From the NCBI GenBank assembly GCA_963555825.3, contig CAUVXB020000002.1:1984001-2048000 (forward strand): a DNA stretch of 64,000 nucleotides, in the 5' to 3' direction. The position numbers and the translations under genes are program-made. Shown here in pieces: positions 32,949-44,015 of this stretch (positions are counted from its first letter, which is position 1; the number at the start of each line of letters is the position of its first letter). A model generated the notes under the pieces. That model searched no databases, was not told the origin of the DNA, and saw nothing but the letters and a program-made list of their open reading frames with translations. This DNA comes from Alphaproteobacteria bacterium. Lineage in GTDB: Bacteria; Pseudomonadota; Alphaproteobacteria; JAAXGF01.

Positions 32949-33978
32949 ATGGAACTGTATGTTGGAATGGATGTATCGCTCAAGGAGACCTCGATCTGCG
33001 TGGTCGATGACAACGGCGAGATCGTGTCCGAGGGCGTGGTGATCTCGGAGCCGGCGGCAATCGCGGCGTATATCAGGACAACGGCGCCGCACGCAAAGCG
33101 CATCGGTCTGGAGACCGGTCCGACGACGACCTGGCTGTGGCATGAGCTCAGGGCGCTCGGCTTGCCGGTGATCTGCATCGATGCGCGTCATGCCAAGGCG
33201 GCGCTGTCGATGCAGATCAACAAGAGCGACCGGAACGATGCCGCCGGGATCGCGCGGGTCATGCAGTGCGGTTGGTACAAGGAGGTCCAAGTCGAGCGTG
33301 GCGTGCCACGAGATACGGGCCGTCCTGAACAGCCGGGCCCAGTTGGTCAAGATCAAGCGTGATCTCGAGAACCAGATCCGTGGCTTGCTCAAGAACCTCG
33401 GCCTCGTCATCGGCAAGGCGGGCGGCAATGTCTTCCGTCGCCGGGTCGAAGAGCTGCTTGGCGGGCAGGGTCTTTTGTCGGAGGCCGTTCGGCCCCTTCT
33501 GGAAGTCCGCGAGAAGGTCGGCCGAGAGATCGCCGCGCTCTATCGCAAGCTGCTGGGCCTGGCGCGGAACGACGAGGACAGCAGACGTTCCATGACGGTT
33601 CCAGGCATCGGGCCGATCACCGCCTTGGCCTTCCACTCGGCGATCGACGAGCCGAGCCGCTTCCGACGTTCCCGGAGTGTCGGCGCGTACATCGGGCTGA
33701 CGCCGCGCCGCCATGCTTCCGGCGAGGTCGATTGGACGGGGCGGATCTCCAAATGCGGCGATCGAATGCTCAGGACCTACCTCTTCGAGGCGGCCGGCGT
33801 GCTGCTCACCCGGGTGCCGCGATGGTGCGCGCTCAAGGCCTGGGGTCACAGGTTGTGGAAACGCATCGGCTTCAAGAAGGCCAAGATCGCCGTGGCACGG
33901 AAGCTGGCGGTCATCCTCCATCGCATGTGGCGTGATGGAACGGACTTCATCTGGTCAACCAAAGAGGCGGCCGCATAG
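32949..33978 (+). pseudogene. IS110 DEDD recombinase, frameshifted near 33293
   Basis: YVGMDVS, GLETG, KSDRNDA in ORF1; VPGIGPITA, GLTPRRHASGE, ISKCGD, AVARKLA in ORF2. Confidence 0.9.
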
Positions 33979-34200
33979 GGAAACAACGTCCAAGCATTCC
34001 GCGAGAGCGGAACCGATGTCCCTGTCGGGACGGCGGCGTCGGCGAGATCGATCCAGGCTTTGCGATGCCTCACCGAGGCAAGCGCGCTTCACACATTGAT
34101 CCGCCAACGTCCTCCAACGCCATCATGCGGAGGGCCGAGCCCCTACCGCGGAGAGAACAGTGAACCCGGCAGGTACGTCACGGAGAGCTTGACAACCAAC
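33979..34200 (+). ncRNA. Predicted bridge/seek RNA of the IS110 element
   Basis: Two internal-loop hairpins carrying TCCAGGCT and TTCACACA (target match) and ACGCCAT and AGAGAACA (donor match). Boundaries approximate. Confidence 0.75.
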
Positions 34201-34329
34201 CCCCGAGTTAGAGAACAGCCTGGACCCTCAGCAGACATTCATCGCTTTGAGTAAGGGGCACGATTCAGTGCCGATTGACATATAGTCTTCATGAATTTGA
34301 AGGTTATCTGGGAAATGTCGGCTTGATGT

Positions 34330-35643
34330 ATGACCTTAGGCAGCGGTGATTTTCCAACGGATCGACATGGCTGGGCGGAACTCCTGCCGGAACGGCAAGC
34401 GAGCCCGCCTTTAAGTGGAGCTCACAGGGTGTCGTGGGCGGTGATCGGGGCCGGGGTGACCGGTCTGGCCAGCGCCTGCCGTCTGGCCGAGCTCCACCCC
34501 GATCATGAGATCATGCTGCTGGATGCGCGTTTGGTTGGCCAGGGGGCCTCGGGGCGCAATTCCGGTTTTGCCGTCGCCGTCAGTCATTTCGATGGCGGCC
34601 TCGAGGCCGACGAGATGGCGAACTATCGTCGGGTCAATCGTATTAACCAAGCCGGTCTGGATCTGTTGCGAGTGCAAGTCGCCACGTCCGCGATTGATTG
34701 CCAATGGCAGGAAGATGGTTTTCACCATACCGCCGCTGATCGGCCGGCAATTCGCGAATGCCGCAATTTCCTGCGCTATCTTGAGGCCATGGAGATCGCC
34801 CATACGCCGCTTGATGCGGAGGCATTGAACGCGCGTCTGGGCACCACCCTTTACCAATCCGGCGTCCACGTCCACAAGGGGGCGCTCCTGCAACCGGCGG
34901 CCTTGGTGCGCGGGCTAGCGGACAATTTGCCCTCCAATGTCAGACTTCATGAACGAAGCCCGGTGCTCAGGATCGAGAATGGCACACCGCTGATTCTCCA
35001 CCTGCCAAATGGCGAGGTGCGGGCCGATAAACTTATTTTGGCGACCAACTACGAGGCGGCGAAACTTGGCTATCTGTGCCGCTATCTGATCGGCACCACC
35101 TTGTCGGGCAGTTTCACACGGACCTTAACTGATGATGAGCTTGCCAGCCTCGGCAGCCGGAAGGAATGGGGGGTTCTCTCGCTACACGGCGGCGGCGCGA
35201 CCGTGCGGCTGACGGCGGACCGGCGAATATGCCTGCGCAACGCGGCGGAGTATAATGGTGCCGCATTGCTGTCCGATAGGCAATTGGCCCATCGACAATC
35301 CATCCATCGGGCCGGGTTCGAGAAGCGCTTTCCGAAACTGGCCCATGTAGCGTTCGACTATGCCTGGTCCGGTGTCGAAGGGATCAGCCGCAACGGCGCC
35401 AATTTTTTCGGTCGCCAACGGGACAATATTTATCTCGCGGGCGGCTATAACGGTTCCGGCGTCAGCCGGGGGACGGCCTTCGGCACGGCGCTCGTAGACT
35501 ATGCCAGTGGCGGTCATTCACCGCTGATTGACGATTGTCTGGCCTCAGCACCTGGCGCCTGGATTCCGCCCAGGCCTTTCCTCGACATCGGCGCCCTTCT
35601 GACCGTCCGATCGCGTTTCCGGGGCGTTGGTTTGGATCGATAA
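34330..35643 (+). CDS. FAD-dependent oxidoreductase (DAO/PuuB-like)
   Basis: VIGAGVTG, GASGRNSGF, LQPAALVRGLA, GYNGSGV. Confidence 0.9.
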   Translation: MTLGSGDFPTDRHGWAELLPERQASPPLSGAHRVSWAVIGAGVTGLASACRLAELHPDHEIMLLDARLVGQGASGRNSGFAVAVSHFDGGLEADEMANYRRVNRINQAGLDLLRVQVATSAIDCQWQEDGFHHTAADRPAIRECRNFLRYLEAMEIAHTPLDAEALNARLGTTLYQSGVHVHKGALLQPAALVRGLADNLPSNVRLHERSPVLRIENGTPLILHLPNGEVRADKLILATNYEAAKLGYLCRYLIGTTLSGSFTRTLTDDELASLGSRKEWGVLSLHGGGATVRLTADRRICLRNAAEYNGAALLSDRQLAHRQSIHRAGFEKRFPKLAHVAFDYAWSGVEGISRNGANFFGRQRDNIYLAGGYNGSGVSRGTAFGTALVDYASGGHSPLIDDCLASAPGAWIPPRPFLDIGALLTVRSRFRGVGLDR

Positions 35644-35784
35644 GGTCGCGAAGATGTACAGAGTCTGGAACGCGTCCTGGACCCTGAAGGAGCTCGGTTG
35701 GATGTAGTGCGTCGTGTCGGCGCGCGACTTCCCAAACAAACGGGGGGTTAAGGCAGGACGTTGCCCAGCGCCCCCATTTCTGCT

Positions 35785-35849
35785 GATGGCTACACTCGGA
35801 CCCAACGGCCACACCAGAACGATGACCGCTTTCGGACGATACGCCGACA
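35785..35849 (+). repeat. Degenerate copy of the bipartite boundary site
   Basis: GACCGCTTTCGGACGATACGCCGACA resembles the second half-site GTCCGCTTTCGAGCGGTAGGCGGGCA. First half is poorly conserved. Confidence 0.45.
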
Positions 35850-35976
35850 GACAGGCCCACTTCGCGCTTTCAACACGTCATAGTGCCAACCGGGACACGG
35901 CCCATCGTTCGCCGCCTTTGACGCGCACCGGAACGCTCCAGTAGAGTGAGCGCCCTTTATTCGAGCCGGGCGGGAC

Positions 35977-38286
<2,310 letters not shown>

Positions 38287-38496
38287 GCAGGCGCCGCTAA
38301 GAGGCCAGACCGGCATGTATGACAGCCGGCGCCCGGCGCTGGCGCGCCCGGGTTGTCCTCTCGGACTGTTTATGGCATGATTACCGATGAAACAATGCAT
38401 TGAAATAGAATTATAAAACATCCATCGCCCTGGTCGGTCAGAGGCGTCAGTCGGGAAGCGCGGGCGAAAGCGACGCGCGCGGCGGCGCGACGGCGT

Positions 38497-38856
38497 ATGA
38501 CAATCGGCGCATGGGTGACCGGCGCCTTGACCAGCGCGGCGAACGCCGAACTGGGTGTCGGCGGGTCCGCGGCGCCGCACGGCGACAATGCCACGGCCGC
38601 GGGTCAACTGGTTGATCACGAGCGGCGCAACGCGCTGAAGCTCGATGAGCTGGCGGCGGCGATCGCGGCGCTCTCCGAACAGCTCGACCGGGCCGCCGGC
38701 CCGACCGCCCGCCTGGTCAGCGTCGACCAATTGGCGCGCGCGATCAAGCCGCTCGAACACGCGCTCGAGCGTGCCGAAAAGACCACCGGCGGCGACACCG
38801 GCGCGGGTCGCGTGACGGGACGTATCTCGAACCTGCCGGGCGCCCGCGGCGGCTGA
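38497..38856 (+). CDS. Hypothetical protein (119 aa)
   Basis: Fills the intergenic gap, genome-typical GC3 codon use, AT-rich upstream region. No recognised motif. Confidence 0.5.
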   Translation: MTIGAWVTGALTSAANAELGVGGSAAPHGDNATAAGQLVDHERRNALKLDELAAAIAALSEQLDRAAGPTARLVSVDQLARAIKPLEHALERAEKTTGGDTGAGRVTGRISNLPGARGG

Positions 38857-38878
38857 CGCCCGGCCTTCGGCTGGTTCA

Positions 38879-38972
38879 TTGTCCGGTCATCTTTACGGGT
38901 AAAGATGACCTGCGCTCAATCGCCGCGCATGCCACTCTTATGGGATCAAAGCTGGCCGAACGGTCGGCGGCC
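38879..38972. repeat. ~95-bp structured dispersed repeat, copy 1
   Basis: Close match to 55486-55582. Hairpin GGTCATCTTTAC-gg-GTAAAGATGACC. Confidence 0.85.
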
Positions 38973-38977
38973 GGCGG

Positions 38978-40096
38978 TCAGGCGGCGATCGCCTCGCTGG
39001 CCGGCTGATACGGGTGGCCGAGGTCGCGCGCGACCGCCTCGTAGGTCACGTTGCCGTGGTGCACGTTGAGGCCCGCCAAGAGATGCGCGTCGTCGGCCAG
39101 CGCCTGCTTGTAGCCCTTGTCGGCGAGCGCAACGGTGAACGGCAGCGTCGCGTTGTTGAGCGCGAACGTCGAGGTCCGCGCGCAAGCGCCCGGCATGTTG
39201 GCGACGCAGTAGTGCACCACCGAATCGACGATGTAGGTCGGCTCGGCGTGGGTCGTCGCCTTGCTGGTCTCGGCGCAGCCGCCCTGGTCGATGGCGACGT
39301 CGACGAGCACCGAGCCGCGCTGCATCTTCGTGACCATCTCGGCGGTGACCAGCTTGGGCGCCTCGGCGCCCGGCACGAGCACCGCGCCTACCACGAGGTC
39401 GGCGCCCAAGACATGCTGCTCGACCGACTCGACGGTCGAATAGATCGTGTTGAGCGTCGGGCCGAACTGCATGTCGAGCTCCTGCAGGCGACGCACCGAG
39501 CGGTCGATCACCGTGACCTGCGCCTCGAGCCCCATCGCCATGCGCGCCGCGTTGGTGCCAACCACGCCGCCGCCGATGATCACGACGCGCGCCGCGGCGA
39601 CGCCCGCCACGCCGCCCAGCAGCATGCCGCGGCCGCCCTGTTCCATCTCGAGGCAGTGGGCCCCGGCCTGGATCGACATGCGCCCGGCGACCTCGCTCAT
39701 CGGCGCCAGCAGCGGCAGGCCGCCGCGGTCGTCGGTGACCGTCTCGTAGGCGATCGCGACGCAGCCCGCGCCCATCAGCAGCTCGGTTTGCCCGGGGTCG
39801 GGTGCGAGGTGCAAATAGGTGAACAGCAGCTGGCCCTCGCGCAGCATGCGGCACTCGTTCGGCTGCGGCTCCTTGACCTTGACCACCATGTCGGCGACAG
39901 CGAAGATTTCCTCGGCCGTGTCGACGATGCGCGCGCCGGACGTGACGTAGTGCTCGTCGTCGAGGCCGATGGCGCGACCGGCGTTGGCCTGAACGATGAC
40001 CTCGTGGCCGTGATGAACCAGTTCACGCACGCTCGACGTGATCAGTCCGACCCGGTACTCGTGCGTCTTGATCTCCTTAGGGACTCCTATCAGCAT
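38978..40096 (-). CDS. ald: Alanine dehydrogenase
   Basis: [46 protein letters not shown]. Confidence 0.97.
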   Translation of the reverse strand: MLIGVPKEIKTHEYRVGLITSSVRELVHHGHEVIVQANAGRAIGLDDEHYVTSGARIVDTAEEIFAVADMVVKVKEPQPNECRMLREGQLLFTYLHLAPDPGQTELLMGAGCVAIAYETVTDDRGGLPLLAPMSEVAGRMSIQAGAHCLEMEQGGRGMLLGGVAGVAAARVVIIGGGVVGTNAARMAMGLEAQVTVIDRSVRRLQELDMQFGPTLNTIYSTVESVEQHVLGADLVVGAVLVPGAEAPKLVTAEMVTKMQRGSVLVDVAIDQGGCAETSKATTHAEPTYIVDSVVHYCVANMPGACARTSTFALNNATLPFTVALADKGYKQALADDAHLLAGLNVHHGNVTYEAVARDLGHPYQPASEAIAA

Positions 40097-40889
40097 GTCT
40101 CTCCCCACATCCCGCTGCGTTGAATTCGAAGGCCGTCATGGCCAAGGTCGCGTAAAGGAAGCTTGCGTGCAAGCGCCTTCCGCGCGCATCTGGTCCGGCG
40201 GCGCCCATGGCGACCAGAAGCGGCACATAGTGATCGGCGCTCGGGTGGTTACGCGCGGCGTCGGGCCCTTGCGCGAGGTAGTCGACGAGCGCGTCCTCGT
40301 CGCCCGTCTCGACGCGCGCGGTGAGCCAGTCGTCGAACGCCTGGGCCCAGGGTTGGGGCGGCTCGTCACGCCCGCCGCGTTCGCTCAGATTGTGCGTCGC
40401 GTTGCCGCTCGCCAGCACCAGCACGCCTTCGTCGCGCAAGGCGGCGATGGCATGGCCGAGAGCCAGGTGATGCGCCGCGTCGCCGTGGCGCTGGATCGAG
40501 AGCTGGGTGACCGGGATGTCGGCGTCCGGATAGATCATCATCATGGGCGCCCAGGCGCCGTGGTCGAGCCCGCGCGCGTCGTCGAGCGCACAGCCGATGC
40601 CGGCATCGTCGAGCAGCGCGGCGGTGCGGCGCGCCAGCTCGGGCGCACCCGGCGCAGCATAGCGCAGCCGATAGAGTGCATCGGGAAAGCCGTAGAAGTC
40701 GTATATCGTCTCAGGCGCGGCGACGGCGCTGACGCTGGGGCTTGCCGTCTCCCAATGCGCCGAGACGCAGAGCACGGCCTCGGGCCGGGCGAGCGTGTCG
40801 CCGAGGTCGCGCAGGAACCGCGCGCTCGGCACGTCCTCGATAATCAGCGGCGGCGGGCCGTGCGAGACGAACAGCGTGGGCAGGGGCAT
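40077..40889 (-). CDS. Extradiol dioxygenase LigB/DODA (YgiD-like)
   Basis: PTLFVSHG, SAHWET, IYDFYGFP, GLDHGAW, SGNATHNL, HPSADHYVPL. Confidence 0.92.
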   Translation of the reverse strand: MPLPTLFVSHGPPPLIIEDVPSARFLRDLGDTLARPEAVLCVSAHWETASPSVSAVAAPETIYDFYGFPDALYRLRYAAPGAPELARRTAALLDDAGIGCALDDARGLDHGAWAPMMMIYPDADIPVTQLSIQRHGDAAHHLALGHAIAALRDEGVLVLASGNATHNLSERGGRDEPPQPWAQAFDDWLTARVETGDEDALVDYLAQGPDAARNHPSADHYVPLLVAMGAAGPDARGRRLHASFLYATLAMTAFEFNAAGCGERHADRSP

Positions 40890-41191
40890 GATCGGCGCGC
40901 CATCTTGTCGATTGCTTCGGTTCTCAATGCATAGACCACGTCGTCGAGGGCACCGCAACACGATCCGCCGACGGCCGCTTCCGGGCGCTCGGCGGGCGCC
41001 AATCATGCGGCGCTTCGACACCGGCTAACCGCCAAGCGGAGACCCTTCACGAGGCGACGCTATCCAAGCGCAGAAATGGCGATCACGGTCGGCCAGTGAC
41101 ATCCCGGCTAGGCTGCTGAATGTAAGCCGAGACTCTTCCTCTTCGGTTGGTTTAACGTCCCGATTACTTCCATTCGGGGATCGGGGCCGAC

Positions 41192-42310
41192 ATGCCGATG
41201 ACGCTGAATTATTGGACACGCCGGTCACCCTTCTTCGAAGCCGCGCGTCGCGCCGGATGCAAGGGGGCGTCGGTTGCCAACCACATGTACCAGCCGCATT
41301 CCTACGACGATCCGGTCACCGAGTATTGGCACCTGATCAATGGCGTTACCCTGTGGGACGTCGGCACCGAGCGACAGGTCGAGATCGCCGGACCGGACGC
41401 GGCGGCGTTCGTCGATCGGCTGACGCCGCGCGACGTCACCAGGGTCGCGCCGGGAAAGTGCCGCTACATCATGGTTACTTCGGAGGAAGGCGGCATCGTG
41501 AACGATCCCGTCATGCTGCGCCTCGCCGCCGACCGCTACTGGCTGTCCAGCTCCGATAGCGATCTCCTGTTGTGGGCCAAGGGCATCGCCGTCCACGCCG
41601 GCATGGATGTGCGGATCGAGGAGCCCGACGTCAGCCCTGTCCAGGTCCAAGGGCCGAAGTCGAAAGCGGTCATCGGCGCGCTGTTCGGTGAGGCCGTCGC
41701 GGGTCTCGCCTACTACACCCTGGTCGAGACCACCCTGGACGATATCCCGGTGGTCGTGACGCACACCGGCTGGAGCGGCGAGTTCGGCTATGAGGTGTTC
41801 CTGCGCGACAGCCGCTTCGGCGACGCCCTGTGGGACCGCATCCTGGAAGCCGGAAAACCCCACGGCATTGCCGTTACCGGGCCATCCGACATTCGCCGCG
41901 TCGAGGCCGGCATTCTCGGTTACCGGTCCGACATCGACCTCGATGTCAACCCGTTCGAGGCGGGCATGGAACGGCTGCTCGATCTCGACAGCGACCGCTC
42001 GTTCGTCGGCAAGCGGGCTTTGTTGGGCATCAGGGAGGCCGGTGTCGCGCGCCGGATCGTCGGCGTGGAACTGGCCGGGGAACCGCTCCGCCACGGCATA
42101 TTCACCGAGCGGTGGCCGGTCATCAAGGGCGGGCGGATCGGCGACGTTCTCGTCGCGCTCCATTCGCCGCGACTGGCAAAGAACATCGGCTACGCCATGG
42201 TCGCCATCGAACATGCGGCTCTCGGCGCGACCATGACCGTCGTGACGCCGCTCGGCGACTTGGCCGCACGCGTCGTCGAGATGCCATTTGTCAATGCGGT
42301 GAAGGTCTGA
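41192..42310 (+). CDS. GcvT-family THF-dependent demethylase (DmdA-like)
   Basis: RRSPF, NHMY, LWDVGTERQVEIAGPDA, NDPVMLRL, TGWSGEFGYE, SPRLAKNIGYAMV. Confidence 0.88.
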   Translation: MPMTLNYWTRRSPFFEAARRAGCKGASVANHMYQPHSYDDPVTEYWHLINGVTLWDVGTERQVEIAGPDAAAFVDRLTPRDVTRVAPGKCRYIMVTSEEGGIVNDPVMLRLAADRYWLSSSDSDLLLWAKGIAVHAGMDVRIEEPDVSPVQVQGPKSKAVIGALFGEAVAGLAYYTLVETTLDDIPVVVTHTGWSGEFGYEVFLRDSRFGDALWDRILEAGKPHGIAVTGPSDIRRVEAGILGYRSDIDLDVNPFEAGMERLLDLDSDRSFVGKRALLGIREAGVARRIVGVELAGEPLRHGIFTERWPVIKGGRIGDVLVALHSPRLAKNIGYAMVAIEHAALGATMTVVTPLGDLAARVVEMPFVNAVKV

Positions 42311-42337
42311 GACCGGTGCGTCACGAAAGGAACGAAG

Positions 42338-43243
42338 ATGGGAATTCTCGACGATAAGGTCGCACTGGTCACCGGCGCCAGCCGGGGAATTGGGCGGGGC
42401 GTCGCGATCGGGCTGGCGCGCGAGGGCGCGCGGCTCGCAATCACGGCGCGAACCATGACGCCGGCCGATGCTCCCGGCCTCGATGGCGGCGACCGGCGGG
42501 TGCCGGGCACGCTCGTCGAGACACGAGAGGCCCTAGACGAGATGGGCGCCGGGGTGCTTGCTTCGCCCGCCGACTTGGCCGATGTCGAAAGCGTGCGCGA
42601 CCTGGTGAGCCAGACGATCGAGACGTTCGGCCGTATCGACATCGTCGTAAACTGCGCCATGGGGTTCGCCGACGACTTCGAGGGCACGTCGTTCTGGCAG
42701 AGCCCGGTAACCGATTGGGATATGCAGAACACCGTCGGCGTTCGCTCCCACTACATGACCGGCTATTTCGCCGCGCCCCACATGGTCCGTCAAGGTAGCG
42801 GCCTGATCGTCAATATATCGTCGGCGGGGGCGATCGGGGAGTACTACAACGTCGGTTTCCGCGTCGCCCATGCCGCCAACAGCCGACTCGCCAAGGCGAT
42901 GGCCTTCGACTTGAAGAGCCACGGTGTCGCCGCGCTGGCGCTTTGGCCGCGCTGGGTGTTGACCGAAAGGGTGAAGCTCGCCGCCGCGAACAGCCATCCC
43001 GGCTTCCACGTCGAGGAGGCCGAGTTGGCCGACGCCGACACGCCCGAACTGATCGGTGCGGCGATCGCCCGGCTGTCCGTCGACCCCGAGCTGATGGCGA
43101 AGAGCGGACACGTTCAGCTCATCGCGGAACTGGCCGACGAATACGGTTTGGTCGAGGCCGACGGGCGGCAGCCCCGGATCGACGACTTTACGCGCGAATT
43201 GCGCGAACGGCTCGACCGTATCGAGGCGGCGTTGGACTGGTAG
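42338..43243 (+). CDS. Short-chain dehydrogenase/reductase (DHRS1-like)
   Basis: VTGASRGIGRG, GRIDIVVN, LIVNISS. Confidence 0.9.
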   Translation: MGILDDKVALVTGASRGIGRGVAIGLAREGARLAITARTMTPADAPGLDGGDRRVPGTLVETREALDEMGAGVLASPADLADVESVRDLVSQTIETFGRIDIVVNCAMGFADDFEGTSFWQSPVTDWDMQNTVGVRSHYMTGYFAAPHMVRQGSGLIVNISSAGAIGEYYNVGFRVAHAANSRLAKAMAFDLKSHGVAALALWPRWVLTERVKLAAANSHPGFHVEEAELADADTPELIGAAIARLSVDPELMAKSGHVQLIAELADEYGLVEADGRQPRIDDFTRELRERLDRIEAALDW

Positions 43244-43293
43244 CCCGAGCGCTGGTCATGGCGCTCGTGCAATTCTAAGGTTTTTCGCCGATA

Positions 43294-43369
43294 TCGCCTG
43301 CTTCCGAGCAGATTGCGGACCTCGCGCCGCTGGGCGCCGGATGTCGGCTCATAGCCACAGGCAGACATT
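43294..43369 (-). repeat. Bipartite palindromic island-boundary site, copy 3
   Basis: Minus strand AATGTCTGCCTGTGGCTATGAGCCGACA-N20-GGTCCGCAATCTGCTCGGAAGCAGGCGA. Confidence 0.75.
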
Positions 43370-43379
43370 GAGACCTCGT

Positions 43380-43420
43380 CGTTAGACTCGCTTCTCGAGC
43401 ATCTATAGACTGCAACCGAC
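43380..43420 (+). promoter_or_regulatory. Promoter-like TAGACT-N17-TAGACT, copy 1
   Basis: CGTTAGACTCGCT...ATAGACTGC-A-CGAC, repeated at 43926-43966. Confidence 0.6.
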
Positions 43421-43440
43421 GCCTACTGAGGAATGCAGCG

Positions 43441-43908
43441 ATGGATGAAGACCACATCGTCGAAGGCGGCTGCATGTTCGGTGCTGTGCGGTATCGGGCA
43501 AGCGGAGAACCGTTTTGGGTCGGTCATTGCCACTGTCCGAGTTGCCGACGCCATACCGGGGCGCCCGTGGTCACTTTCGCCGCATTCAAGGCGCATCAAG
43601 TCGCGTTCACCAAGGGCGAACGCCGGATCTATAACTCGTCGCCCGGCGTCAAGCGCGGCTTCTGCGGCGACTGTGGCACGCCGCTGACGTGGGAAGGGCA
43701 GAGCGAAGTCCCGGAACGCGGCATGATCGTCGAGTTCTACATCTCCTTGTTCGACGACCCCGACGCGTTCATGCCGACCAACCACCTCTGGTACAAGTAC
43801 CGGATCGCTTGGTTCGACGTCGCCGACGACCTGCCGCGCTATAACGAGTTCGATTCGACCAGCGACATTGACCGCCACGGACCGGCGACCGACGGCTTAC
43901 CCGGCTAA
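43441..43908 (+). CDS. GFA/CENP-V family zinc protein
   Basis: EGGCMFGAVRY, CHCPSCRR, RGFCGDCGTPL. Confidence 0.9.
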   Translation: MDEDHIVEGGCMFGAVRYRASGEPFWVGHCHCPSCRRHTGAPVVTFAAFKAHQVAFTKGERRIYNSSPGVKRGFCGDCGTPLTWEGQSEVPERGMIVEFYISLFDDPDAFMPTNHLWYKYRIAWFDVADDLPRYNEFDSTSDIDRHGPATDGLPG

Positions 43909-43925
43909 GGGCGGTGCAACGACCC

Positions 43926-43966
43926 CGTTAGACTCGCTCCGTCCGCTTCCATAGACTGCCATCGAC
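43926..43966 (+). promoter_or_regulatory. Promoter-like TAGACT-N17-TAGACT, copy 2
   Basis: Upstream of the original GTG (43994) of the cyclase gene. Confidence 0.6.
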
Positions 43967-44015
43967 AACGAATTCGGATCGGGGGGCACTCCCGTGGCAG
44001 GGGGGACTGTCGAAC

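Larger units (their letters stand above)
32857..34217 (+). mobile_element. IS110-family (IS1111 group) element
   Basis: Sub-terminal IRs TAACTCGGGG (32862-32871) / CCCCGAGTTA (34201-34210), ACA core at both junctions, long 3' non-coding end. Confidence 0.9.
32699..34222. mobile_element. 163-bp IS1182-type MITE (32699-32856 + 34218-34222) split by IS110; GACC target duplication
   Basis: Left TIR CAGACTGTGTAAAAACGCC, rejoined right TIR GGCGGTTTTTACACAGCCTG. GACC at 32695-32698 and 34223-34226. Confidence 0.85.

Noticed and set aside
41021-41115. Possible further boundary palindromes at the left edge of island 2
   Set aside because: Too degenerate to align confidently by eye.
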